Assembly: GCA_030167865.1 (NCBI GenBank)
Contig: JALAGF010001754.1
Location: 1 to 32,978, forward strand
Length of the DNA: 32,978 nt
From: Craspedostauros australis
Lineage: Eukaryota
Direction: 5' to 3'
Shown: positions 1 through 9,389 of the stretch, piece by piece
How positions within the stretch are numbered: the stretch's first letter is position 1
Layout of the letters: each line of letters begins with the position of its first letter
Program-made: the position numbers and the translations under genes
The notes under the pieces: model-generated
Database searches by the model: none
What the model saw: only the letters and a program-made list of their open reading frames with translations
Told to the model about the DNA's origin: nothing

Positions 1-80
1 GTCTACTTTATCACGACTCATCACGAGTAAAACTCCACAACTAGTGTTATCGTGAACAGTTTACGGTTTGGCGCAGGTCG

Positions 81-99
81 TACTCTACTCTACTCTACT
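81..99 (+). repeat. (TACTC)n short microsatellite
   Basis: tactctactctactctact, about 4 units. Confidence 0.7.
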
Positions 100-249
100 G
101 GGAAACGGTTGACATGTGTATTTCGCAGCTAAATAAATGTTTTTTGTCATTGTCGCAAGGACGCGCCTGTCAACAGTCCGGCCATTGTGATTGGTCAGGC
201 ACCAAAACGACCTGGTTAGTGAACTTTGGCCCCAAAAACGACCTGGTCA

Positions 250-297
250 GGGACACCCGGCAAATCCAATGACACCGCCATTCGACTAATACGACTA
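250..297 (+). repeat. Left arm of a two-block inverted repeat (partner 6316-6366)
   Basis: GGGACACCCGGCAAA (250-264) is the exact reverse complement of 6352-6366. CCATTCGACTAATACGACTA (278-297) matches the reverse complement of 6316-6335 at 17/20. The blocks are collinear, with spacers of 13 vs 16 nt. Confidence 0.6.
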
Positions 298-487
298 TTC
301 CTTCATGACGTCATTGTTTTTGGTGACATTCGGTCACTTTGAGAACCTTCAACATCAGGACATAACGACGTCAACAAGCCAGTGGTTCGTGCATCCCAAG
401 CAAATGCATTGGGCATACTTCGGACAAATAAAATATCAAAATGGCGTCAACAGCAAGCCTTGTCGAGTCCCGCCAAGACACAAGAGT

Positions 488-665
488 TAACGTTAATGTA
501 ACGTTTGAGGCCAATATATTTCGCATGATGCAATTGTGATGCAGCTGAGGCCAAAATAAGTCGCATAATGCAATTGTGATGCAGTTGAGGTCAAAATAAG
601 TCGCATGATGCAATTGTGATGCAGCTGAGGTCAAAATAAGTCGCATGATGCAAAAGAAAGTCGCA
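488..665 (+). repeat. 40-bp tandem-repeat module, copy 1
   Basis: Unit approx. GAGGTCAAAATAAGTCGCATGATGCAATTGTGATGCAGCT starting at 507, 547, 587 and 627 (last unit truncated). Entry TAACGTT-N3-GTAACGTTT, exit AAAGTCGCA. Confidence 0.95.
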
Positions 666-2491
666 TGCGAACACCACTCGTGACCAAACATTGTGACGAG
701 AAGCCGGTTTCGTCAATCAGACCGCACGAACAGAACAGGGGAGGAGTTCGTTTTTGTCGATGTTCTCTGTTTCTAATCCGTTATCGTGATGAAGCGATCG
801 CCTGCGAATTTGTTTCATCAGCGAATTCCGGACGGCAGAACAGGACTGCCGACAAATAGTCAGGTGGTGCGCTGATTGAATTGATCCCAAGACGCTCAGC
901 TGCCCAACGCACAACCCGCAGATCGCATTCGGTGCACCAACGATAACACCAGTCGCAGAGTTTTGGCCGCTTGTTGCCGCTGGTTTGCTTGGTTTTGGGA
1001 GAAGCGGCGATTGCATCTTTAGAGCTATTCCGTGTTGCCTCTCTCCGATCCGTCTTCTACGTCACATAGCACAGATTCCACGTCATGCAAAACCACTCAC
1101 AACACAGCGAGTGAAATCGTCCAACAGCGCGCGACTCTTCTTCCGCAACTCAGTGAGGTGGCCGCGCAGCACACACCAGTAGTGCCGCAACACGAGGAGG
1201 ACGGGCGCAAGGTGCCTTGTACCATCCACTCTTTCCTCTGTGGGACCGTCACAGTCTGAGCAGAGAAACAAGAGAAGCTCGTTCGAGATGCAGAGTGTTT
1301 CCTGTGTCCACTTTGTGAGGAGAATTTTGTTGCCTCTGTTGTGTTGTTGTGGAATGGATTCGAAATTCGGGACTCGCAAAGTGTTCTCATTTTTGACAAC
1401 ATTTGATGGAATTGTGGTTAATCTCCATGGCCCCCAATAGCAAAAACTAGTTGAGAACACCAAACTCAACACAACAACACGACAATGGAGAGTCACAACA
1501 AACTCCTCAAGTGCTGTTGATTAGCATTGATGGCAATGCCACAACCAGCGATCCATTGCAACATCTGAGCATATAGATGGGACCGCTATGCAAAGCTTGG
1601 TGGATGAGCAAGATTGGGCTGCCAGAATGGTTGTTTTTTGACAGTGACAGGCCCACGTGCAAACAACATGATTTAGAGGAAAATATGCTTGTTGGATATG
1701 GTCTCTGCCTGGAATGCACAGGCCATTCCACCATCCATGGATGGGCAAGCCGCATCAAAGAGGAAGAGATGAAGGTGACCACACAGTTTGAGGCTTGGAG
1801 GTGGCCTGGATGCTCCGGAGGGCAAGAGTTTTTTGGTAGGTGGCAGTGAACACATCATGTGACTTTGGTGGTGATGGGGGCCATGTACAAGTCTCCCAAA
1901 TCGCCAAGCCACCCATCAAAGATGTGTTCGAAAATCAACTGAAGATGGCCATGGCATAGTATTCTCCACACATGTTGTCTGGAAGAGGCTGCAGCCTGGG
2001 ATGCACATGAAAGGGTTGTTTTTAGTGGTCGAAACACATGATGGCCTTGTCATACTGAGGTGTACCATCAAGGGCATGGGTGCCCCACCCATTATGAATG
2101 CATCATTGAGTCACCAGGGAATGTGTAAATGTATGAGGGGCACGTGGAAGGGCTGCAGGGATCCTATCGACAAGATACAGATCTGAGTACGAATGACATC
2201 CACATCAAAATCAGGTTTTCAATATTGCTGCGTTTCAGTGCAGGGCGACATTGGAGTATGAGATGCGGTTATGCATGGAGGAGCTTCATGGAGTAGATGT
2301 ATTGGGTATATGGAGCCAGTGTGGTGTGCAGATTGCAAAAATGCCAGGATGATGATGATCATGGGTGCTGAAAGGAGGGCAGCAGGGTGCCATCGAGAAT
2401 TTTTTGGCATCCACCACATGACAGACACCAAGCCAAAACGATGTTAAACATAAAACTAATAGTAGTTCAACTTCAATATTCAGAATCGCTG

Positions 2492-2511
2492 ATAGACAGG
2501 TTTCCGAATGC
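2492..2511 (+). repeat. Target-site duplication, left copy (20 bp)
   Basis: ATAGACAGGTTTCCGAATGC is identical to 4901-4920. Confidence 0.95.
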
Positions 2512-4900
2512 TGTTGCACACCTGTCCATGGTGATGCAACACTATGAACAGGACACGGAGACCGGCCGATTGCTACGCGCCTCGCTCTGGCATCTCGAAC
2601 TATGGACCGGACTGCCAGGATGGCTGCAGCAACACGAGCGCAAGTGGAAGACTTGGACAGCCATGTCATGGTGGCACAACACGTTCCGCACCGCCACTCA
2701 ACTTGGAATCACCATGACCAACCAAACACATGCTACAGGAATGCCGTGTCGCTGCGACGAGACGATTATGCACCTCGCCATCCAAGCTGGAGTCCCCACA
2801 AAAGACCCTGGGACTTGCCAATGTTGCCTGCCTCCAGCTCAGGGCCCTCTGGCTGTCTGACATCACCACAGCCTGCGGCACACAAATCATGCCCGACATC
2901 CTCCGGAGAATAGGATTGCCCACGGGCACAACCAAGTGGCCTAAGACCGGACCAGTGACTTGGACAGCATGGGAAGCATGGGAACAAGTGCTGGCGACAC
3001 TGGTGGCAGCGAACTGGCCAGGCTGGTATGTGAAAGTCCAGCTTGGGCTATGATACCAAGCCTCTCCCCGGCGCGCCGCCCAGCTACTTAATGGCACTGT
3101 CAATTTGCCAGGACAGCACAATGCCTCCAGCCTGCGCTGTGCGCCTCCAACTCACGTGGTTGATCGAGCTACCTGACGGTTGGGAGACACCACTATGGCA
3201 TCTGGCAGCATTCTTGCTGAACACAGGCCAACCACCATCCAGGACTGGCTACGCCTCAAAGGCCCGGCGGCCACAGCCATGTTGCCAACACTCCACATCC
3301 ATGGTGACATCCGCCAGATCGTTCAGGCGATCACAACCGCGACATGTGCAGCCTGCAGCAACGCATCCGCAAAGCACAACAAAGGCGCTGCCGCCACCGT
3401 CATCCAGAGTGCGGTTGGCAATAGTTCCCACCAAATCGTTGCAACCTCTGCCGTCCCCACAGGGTCCCACTCAACAGACTCCAACAGGGCAGAGCTCGCA
3501 GGGGTACTCATGTCCAAATGGGTTGTAACCTCAGTTACGGAATGAGCAGGGGTGACAGGGCCAGCCACCATCGCGTGCGCCAATGACAGAGCCCTCAAGT
3601 CAATTTACTCCTCAGAATGGCCCGACCTAAGACAACCTGACCATGATCTGCGGGCTGAGATTGTCTGCCAGCTCCATCAATTGGGAGTTCAATCCCGTCA
3701 GCAAGAAGTTCGAGGCCATGCAGACGCCTCCAGCCGACATCATACAGAGTGGGAGGTCATGAATGTTGCGGCCGACGCCTACGCAGGCCAGCAGTGGGAA
3801 CGTTCACAACAAGCCAGATGGGACCATACCGTCCACCAGTTCAGACCAGAGGGTGGACCCTGCACGCTGGGTCCATCAACATCACCAATCTCGGCTACTG
3901 GACTGTCCAAGGTGCGCTTGAAAGCATCGGTATTCGCCACAAGTGGTGCAGTTGGTGGGGGTCAGCGCATCCCAGGGAGGTGGACTGGACGCCTATGGAG
4001 GCCAACTCGCGACGCTGGAAGGGCGGCAAACGACGCACCCTCATCAAGTTGATGACTGGCACCGGTGCAAGTGGCAAAAACATGCAGCAACGGCAGCAGG
4101 AGGCCTCTAACATGTGCCCCTTCTGCGGCCAGCCAAGTCATCTGGTCCAAGGCGATCCTCAAAGCGCGGTCAATCGTGCGACCGCCCACTACTCCTCCCC
4201 CTGTCGCCCAACTGCTGTGCACTGCTCTCGTCCGAACATCCACTGGCAGCATTCCCCATTGGGCATCCAAGACTCTCCCACCAAGTGCATCCAGCTCCAA
4301 CAAGCAATGGTTGGGTGGGCTTCGGCCTGGCAGGAGCACGCACCTCCCGTGGCCCAGCATCGCCGCAGGCACGCACCCAAACAGCTCTGCGACTGGCAAG
4401 CAAGTGTGACCAACCTTCTTTGGCGCACTGTACTGGAACAATGGAGAGATCGCAATGAAGCGAAAGCTGCGCAGCTGGCCGGCAACATGGTCACACTGCT
4501 ACAACGCCAGGCACACCAGATTCGGTCCATGCAACAGGCAGACATCCTGTCCGTGCTAAGACCCCTCTGGGAGCACCCGCCCCCTACAACAAACCGCTGC
4601 GCTTTCTGACTTGGTTCAAGCCATCCGAACCGGTCTTGGTGATGCTGGCCCTCCTACCCCGACAGTGCTCACCAACTGGATGCTCAAACTCCACTGGCGT
4701 TCGCCCACGGAGCCTAGCCCCACGTCTCACCACCATACGGCAACTCCCAACCGCGACCCGACGATGCCACCTCACACACAGCATAACCACTCTCATGAAT
4801 TCACTCCGTTCCCGCAGCATGTCATCACGTTGAATGAACGAGGCGGAATAAAAGCGCCCTCAGTGCATTACGTAACAGTTATATTCCATGTGGTATAAAA
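2512..4900 (+). mobile_element. 5'-truncated, degenerate non-LTR retrotransposon (Ambal-like; post-RT region, RNase H, C-terminal Cys motif)
   Basis: Flanked by a 20-bp TSD, with AATAAA at 4847-4852 and a short A-tail. Frameshifted pieces give post-RT motifs (ETGRLLRASL, LWLSDITT, WPKTGP), RNase H motifs (CSNAS for CSDAS, SNRAELAG, VRGHAD, NVAADAYA), CPFCGQPSHL and WRDRNE. No RT or endonuclease domain is visible. The clade assignment is recalled from diatom elements. Confidence 0.85.
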
Positions 4901-4920
4901 ATAGACAGGTTTCCGAATGC
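4901..4920 (+). repeat. Target-site duplication, right copy (20 bp)
   Basis: Identical to 2492-2511 and preceded by TATAAAA. Confidence 0.95.
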
Positions 4921-5937
4921 ACGATATATTCTCAATTGTGAACGATGTGTTGTTGAGATATAACATCAAAAGCAGTTGTTTGGATGGTTTTGGGTGACCA
5001 GAGTATGCCTTTTTCGGTGCACAACAGTTCAAGCAGCACGTATATCAGGAGGAGAAGCTGCAGAGGTTCAAAAATCATCTCGTAATGCAGCGAAACAAGG
5101 CAGAACACATGACCAAAAATGAGAAACATCCAGTAGTAGATAATAGTAGTTGTATATTCGTTAGACTTGGCCTAGTTTAATTGTAGGCTAACATGTCGCA
5201 CGTTTTCCTCACGAACCGAAATTGTGTCGTGTTCACGCAATCGGACCTGTGTTGTTGCTTGTTGTTGTTCGTTTCGTTTGGCGCGTTCTCACCCAAACGA
5301 AAGACGCTGCGAACATCGCAATACAACCGCCTACCCAGATGCTTGTGGCGAATACCAAACAACGCGCGGCAAATCAAGACGCAGCAACTCGGCTTCATTG
5401 GAACAAAAGACAAATTCTCAACAGACACAACAAAGGAGGCATCATCATAACTCAAGTAACAACACAACTATGGATTAACACATATAATAGAAAGAACTGA
5501 TTCGAGTGAAGCATAAGAAGAGTAGAGTCGAGCATTGTGGTTTGTGGAGCGAGCTTGATTTTGTGTGGTGGCGTGCTGTGTGTTGTTTGTGATTCTGTGG
5601 ATGATTCGGCGACACACCGAAAGTGCGGACAGTCCTGGCGCAAAGAGCGAACACACAGAGTTGTGAACGCCACCACGACGAGTGTTGTCACCAAGCAAAA
5701 CGGGTCTCAGCAGCAAACACGCAACGGGACTCAAAACACGACGAGCTCGGACCTGCCCCAACACGGACCTCGCCGACCGTCCTGCGGTCACCCGCGACGA
5801 CAAAGTGTGCGCAGTTTCACCGTGCGCGTCTGGAACAACTCCGAACACAACGCGAGCATGCCGGTCATGTGACGGTTGCATCAAGGTTAATGTTCTGTCG
5901 TAGCATGTAATCATGAGTCCCGTAAAGACATTATATG

Positions 5938-6115
5938 TAACGTTGTAGTAACGTTTGAGGTCAAAATATTTCGCATGATGCAATTGATATTCAGCTGAGG
6001 TCAAAATAAGTCGCATGATGCAATTGTGATGCAGTTGAGGTCAATATATTTCGCATGATGCAATTGTGAGGCAGCTGAGGTCAAAATAAGTCGCATGATG
6101 CAGAAAAAAGTCGCA
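5938..6115 (+). repeat. 40-bp tandem-repeat module, copy 2
   Basis: Units start at 5957, 5997, 6037 and 6077 (truncated). Same entry, exit, length (178 bp) and orientation as 488-665. Confidence 0.95.
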
Positions 6116-6315
6116 CAACAAGTTTCACACGACTCATCGTGACTGACGCTGCATTCAAACAGAGTAGGTCATTTCGGAGAATTTCAACGGGGTGGCGTTA
6201 AGTAGAAGAACGAAATACGACTAGAGGACATTGTTGGAACGTGAAAGAAGAGTTTGGAACGAAAGGCACTCGAAGTTCCGTGAATTGGGACGGAATTTCG
6301 ATTTAGTGCTTTATT

Positions 6316-6366
6316 TAGTCCGATTGGTCGAATGGACTGCTCTGACCATGTTTTGCCGGGTGTCCC
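6316..6366 (-). repeat. Right arm of the two-block inverted repeat (partner 250-297)
   Basis: TAGTCCGATTGGTCGAATGG-N16-TTTGCCGGGTGTCCC. Confidence 0.6.
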
Positions 6367-6748
6367 AGTGAATTTGCTCAATTTGTGTCACATTTCGCGT
6401 GATTGGAGAGACTATTCCAGTACCATGTGGGCTAAAATGTGTCGGCATCAACTTTTCACGATGGTCCCAAGTCGAACAAGACAAACAGAAAGGAAGGGAA
6501 AGAGAGAAACGGCACGACTGGATGTGGGTGTCTGGGTGAAGTCGGGAGGAACAACATCATCAAACACGACAACATCACCAACAGCAGCAACAGCAGCACC
6601 ACCACCACCACCAACAACAACAGGAACAACAACAAGAGGCGTGTGTGCGTTGGTTGGCTGCTTTTTGTGCTCACAATCACAACCGCGATCATCACCATCA
6701 AAAGCGCACCAACACTTGCACTGATCGAGACAGCACCACAACAACAAC

Positions 6749-8083
6749 ATGGATGATTCGAGAAACAACGAGAGTCCCAGACTTGGGAAGCGGATGAAGA
6801 GCTGCCACGCACCTGTGGCAATTGGTGAAGATCGAGGCAGGGCTGTGGCGGATACTGTCCATCCGGTTCCCGCCAACGGCGACACTAACCTCATGGCCGC
6901 AGCTGCAGAAGCTTCAGAAGCTGCGGTGCGTCTCGCCGTCGATGCTGCCAGGGCCGGCAGACGCAGCACCAGCATGGACGCGCCGGTGCGCGTGTCGATG
7001 GATGAGTGGAAGTTGTTCATGCGGAATGCCAAGCGGTTGCCGTGTCTGCTCGAGTCCATGAAACAGCACGAGATGGCGCAGATTGGTGACAGCATCATGA
7101 TCAGCCGCAAGGAGACGCCGTGCATCGGCGAATACTGGGAGAGGTTCCTGCAGACGGACGTTGTTTCCGTCTTCGTGCGAAAGACCATCGCGGTCGGTGA
7201 CATGCCCATCGCGGATGACGTGAAGCGATACCTCGAGGACATCAACGCCCTCCTCGTCGCGTACAACAACAACGACACCAAGCGCGCCTTCTTCAAGCTG
7301 TCGCTGAATCTGCTTCCTTTCGTCAACAACGCCAACCTCAACAGCATCGCCCTCACCAACATCCAGCAAATCGATGTACAATGCAGCATCGTCGTCGCCC
7401 ACAGCGCGAAGCAGATCCGTCTCGCCAACTGCACGTTCGTGGATCATGGCAAGGCCCTGTGCCAGCACCTCATCAAGGCCGGCCGCGATGTGGAGACCCT
7501 GGACATTTCCAGATGCCCCAAGATCTACTACCGCAACAAGGTGCTGGAGCTTTCCAAGATCCGCAGCTTCCGTCTCGGCCACATCCCCATCGCGATGGGC
7601 TGGATGGAAAGCGCCGCCAAGAACCGGCACATTCGCAAACTCGTCATCGCCGGTGTCACCATTCGCAATGCTCGAGACTACGAGAGGACGCAGGCTCTCA
7701 TCGCCACCACGAGTGCTCGCGAGCTGCGATTCTTCCACTGGTGTTTTCATGCAAGCCACGACGAGGAGAACTGGATCCTGCAAGCGCTGCAACGCAACCA
7801 CAATATCGAGTCTCTCAACCTTGTCGCAGCCATGACGCAATATGACTGGCAGCGCGATATCGACCCTGTCCTGCGGCGCAACAAGCAACGCAACAAATGG
7901 CTGGATACCGTCCCGCACACGTCGCGCGATGACAATTGTCTTGCTGTGTTCGTCAAGGCGTTGCAACGCCATTCCGCACTGCGAGATGATTCGGAATACA
8001 TCTTCGAGTCCTTGCGCAATGGCCATTTGCAGTTTCATGTGCTGGCATCCAGCAGACAGCGAATTGTGGGCAAGCAGCAGTAG
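6749..8083 (+). CDS. Hypothetical protein with RNI-like leucine-rich repeats (444 aa, single exon)
   Basis: Long ORF with coding-like codon use and a CA-rich 5' context. LRR-like segments VETLDIS, IRKLVI, LQALQRNHNIESLNL and a C-terminal cap (LRRNKQRNKWL...IFESLR). Confidence 0.7.
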   Translation: MDDSRNNESPRLGKRMKSCHAPVAIGEDRGRAVADTVHPVPANGDTNLMAAAAEASEAAVRLAVDAARAGRRSTSMDAPVRVSMDEWKLFMRNAKRLPCLLESMKQHEMAQIGDSIMISRKETPCIGEYWERFLQTDVVSVFVRKTIAVGDMPIADDVKRYLEDINALLVAYNNNDTKRAFFKLSLNLLPFVNNANLNSIALTNIQQIDVQCSIVVAHSAKQIRLANCTFVDHGKALCQHLIKAGRDVETLDISRCPKIYYRNKVLELSKIRSFRLGHIPIAMGWMESAAKNRHIRKLVIAGVTIRNARDYERTQALIATTSARELRFFHWCFHASHDEENWILQALQRNHNIESLNLVAAMTQYDWQRDIDPVLRRNKQRNKWLDTVPHTSRDDNCLAVFVKALQRHSALRDDSEYIFESLRNGHLQFHVLASSRQRIVGKQQ

Positions 8084-9389
8084 CAAGAGCAACAGAAACA
8101 TCCGTGACGGAGCAGCAATAGCAACGAAGGCGATCATAACAATAGATGGTATCATATCATATCATAGTTCAGACCGGCGTCCGCGACCAAGCCACCATAC
8201 AAGTACTACTTTATGGTAAGATACCATTGATGAGAGTGTCGAGAACGCATTGTCGGCAAGGCAAGATTGACGCAAGTTGAAGGCGGAGCGGTTCGAACTG
8301 CTCGATACGTGTGCATCGTCCTGTTCCATGAATTCCACCCTTGGTGGACACAATCACGAACGTCACAAGAATCAAGTCGAAGGGGCAGTGATTGTGAGGC
8401 AACAGAGCACCAATGGATCGTGCGATGCATTAAAGTAGACCTCCCACAGAACAAAGAGGCACGAACGGACGCCCGAACTCGTTCTCTCCTCCCCAGCTTC
8501 CGCTCCGCAATCATCATCATTTCCTCTGTGATCCTCAGTCATTCACCTGCTGGCACCCACGGCCGGACTATTTTGAGCGCTTCCATGCACAACACGAGGA
8601 TCGTCGTCATCGTCAACGTGGTGCTGCCAACGTCGGCTGCCACAAGATACCCTCGATGCCACCGTTCAACCACCAAAACGAGTTGCACGGATTTCGTTCC
8701 AAACAAGACTTGCATCAGCGTTCTCATCAAAGAACTGGTTCCAGTAAGAATTCCGAACTTGGCAATTCCCATCACTGGAAGAATTCTGATTGGATGGATC
8801 GTGTCGCATCTGCAACAACCAGAATTCGAATTCGCCCTTGAGAAGAAACGATGACGTGTAACAACCAATCAACGCATCCCCAGAAAATGATCAGTTGGTC
8901 GTTGTCACAACGGAAGACACAAACCATCCGCGCCTCATCACAAAATGAAGGAGGCCACGCAAACATGAAGAACCAGAAGAAGAAGAATGAAGCACCATCC
9001 ATCACGTGTGTGGAGATGAGACAGAAGAAGAAAAGAGGAGAGACTGACCTCCGATGATGAGCACAAAACCGCAAGAGACGAGCAAACAATCGTCATTCTC
9101 TTTTCAAAACAACAGTAGTAGCAGCAGCAGCAGGTCCAGCAGCAACATCCATCGAAATCGGCATCCCAGTGGTTCGATTTATCGCACAATACGCAAGCAG
9201 AGCGCTCGCAAAACGGTTTTTAACTCCGTCCCATCACACGCTGCGATCACGAAGCACCACATTGTGCATCTGTTGTTCTGTGCAACGACTCTTCTGTGCT
9301 CATAACTTTCAGATCGCATCACTCAACACAAGCCACAACAACAAGCAACACCAACCAACACCATCATCCATCTATAACCCTTGATCACA

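Larger units (their letters stand above)
1485..5180 (+). pseudogene. CpG-depleted decayed coding/TE relic, split by the retroelement at 2512-4900
   Basis: 1500-2490 has roughly one CpG per 60 nt versus several per 60 nt in the genes, with abundant TG/CA and many TGA codons. There is an ATG at 1485 after a CA-rich leader. After the insertion a protein-like frame reads ...LDGFG*PEYAFFGAQQFKQHVYQEEKLQRFKNHL. Identity is not established. Confidence 0.4.

Noticed and set aside
12..22. CACGACTCATC shared with 6128-6138 next to array copy 2
   Set aside because: An 11-bp match is expected by chance, and it cannot be extended within the window.
488..665. 40-bp arrays as a CRISPR array
   Set aside because: The units are head-to-tail with no unique spacers, there are no cas genes, and the context is eukaryotic.
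2387..2860. 157-aa ORF as a real gene
   Set aside because: It is a chimeric frame reading across the host/retroelement junction at 2511/2512.
488..6115. Twin modules as LTRs of a retrotransposon
   Set aside because: No consistent TG...CA ends in both copies, no visible PBS, polypurine tract or TSD, and no gag/pol remnants between them.
96..6422. TA-flanked terminal inverted repeats (TACTGGGAAAC / CTATTCCAGTA)
   Set aside because: Similarity is only a few bases, too weak to call element termini.
6448..8155. Long antisense ORFs (328 and 413 aa), and similar ones at 10467-11570, 12106-12957, 15538-16443 and 19150-20145
   Set aside because: Shadow ORFs opposite genes with strong codon bias; they carry no recognisable motifs.
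8267..9305. Short ORFs between the LRR gene and the nucleotidase
   Set aside because: Low-complexity intergenic composition, no motifs and no coherent exon structure.
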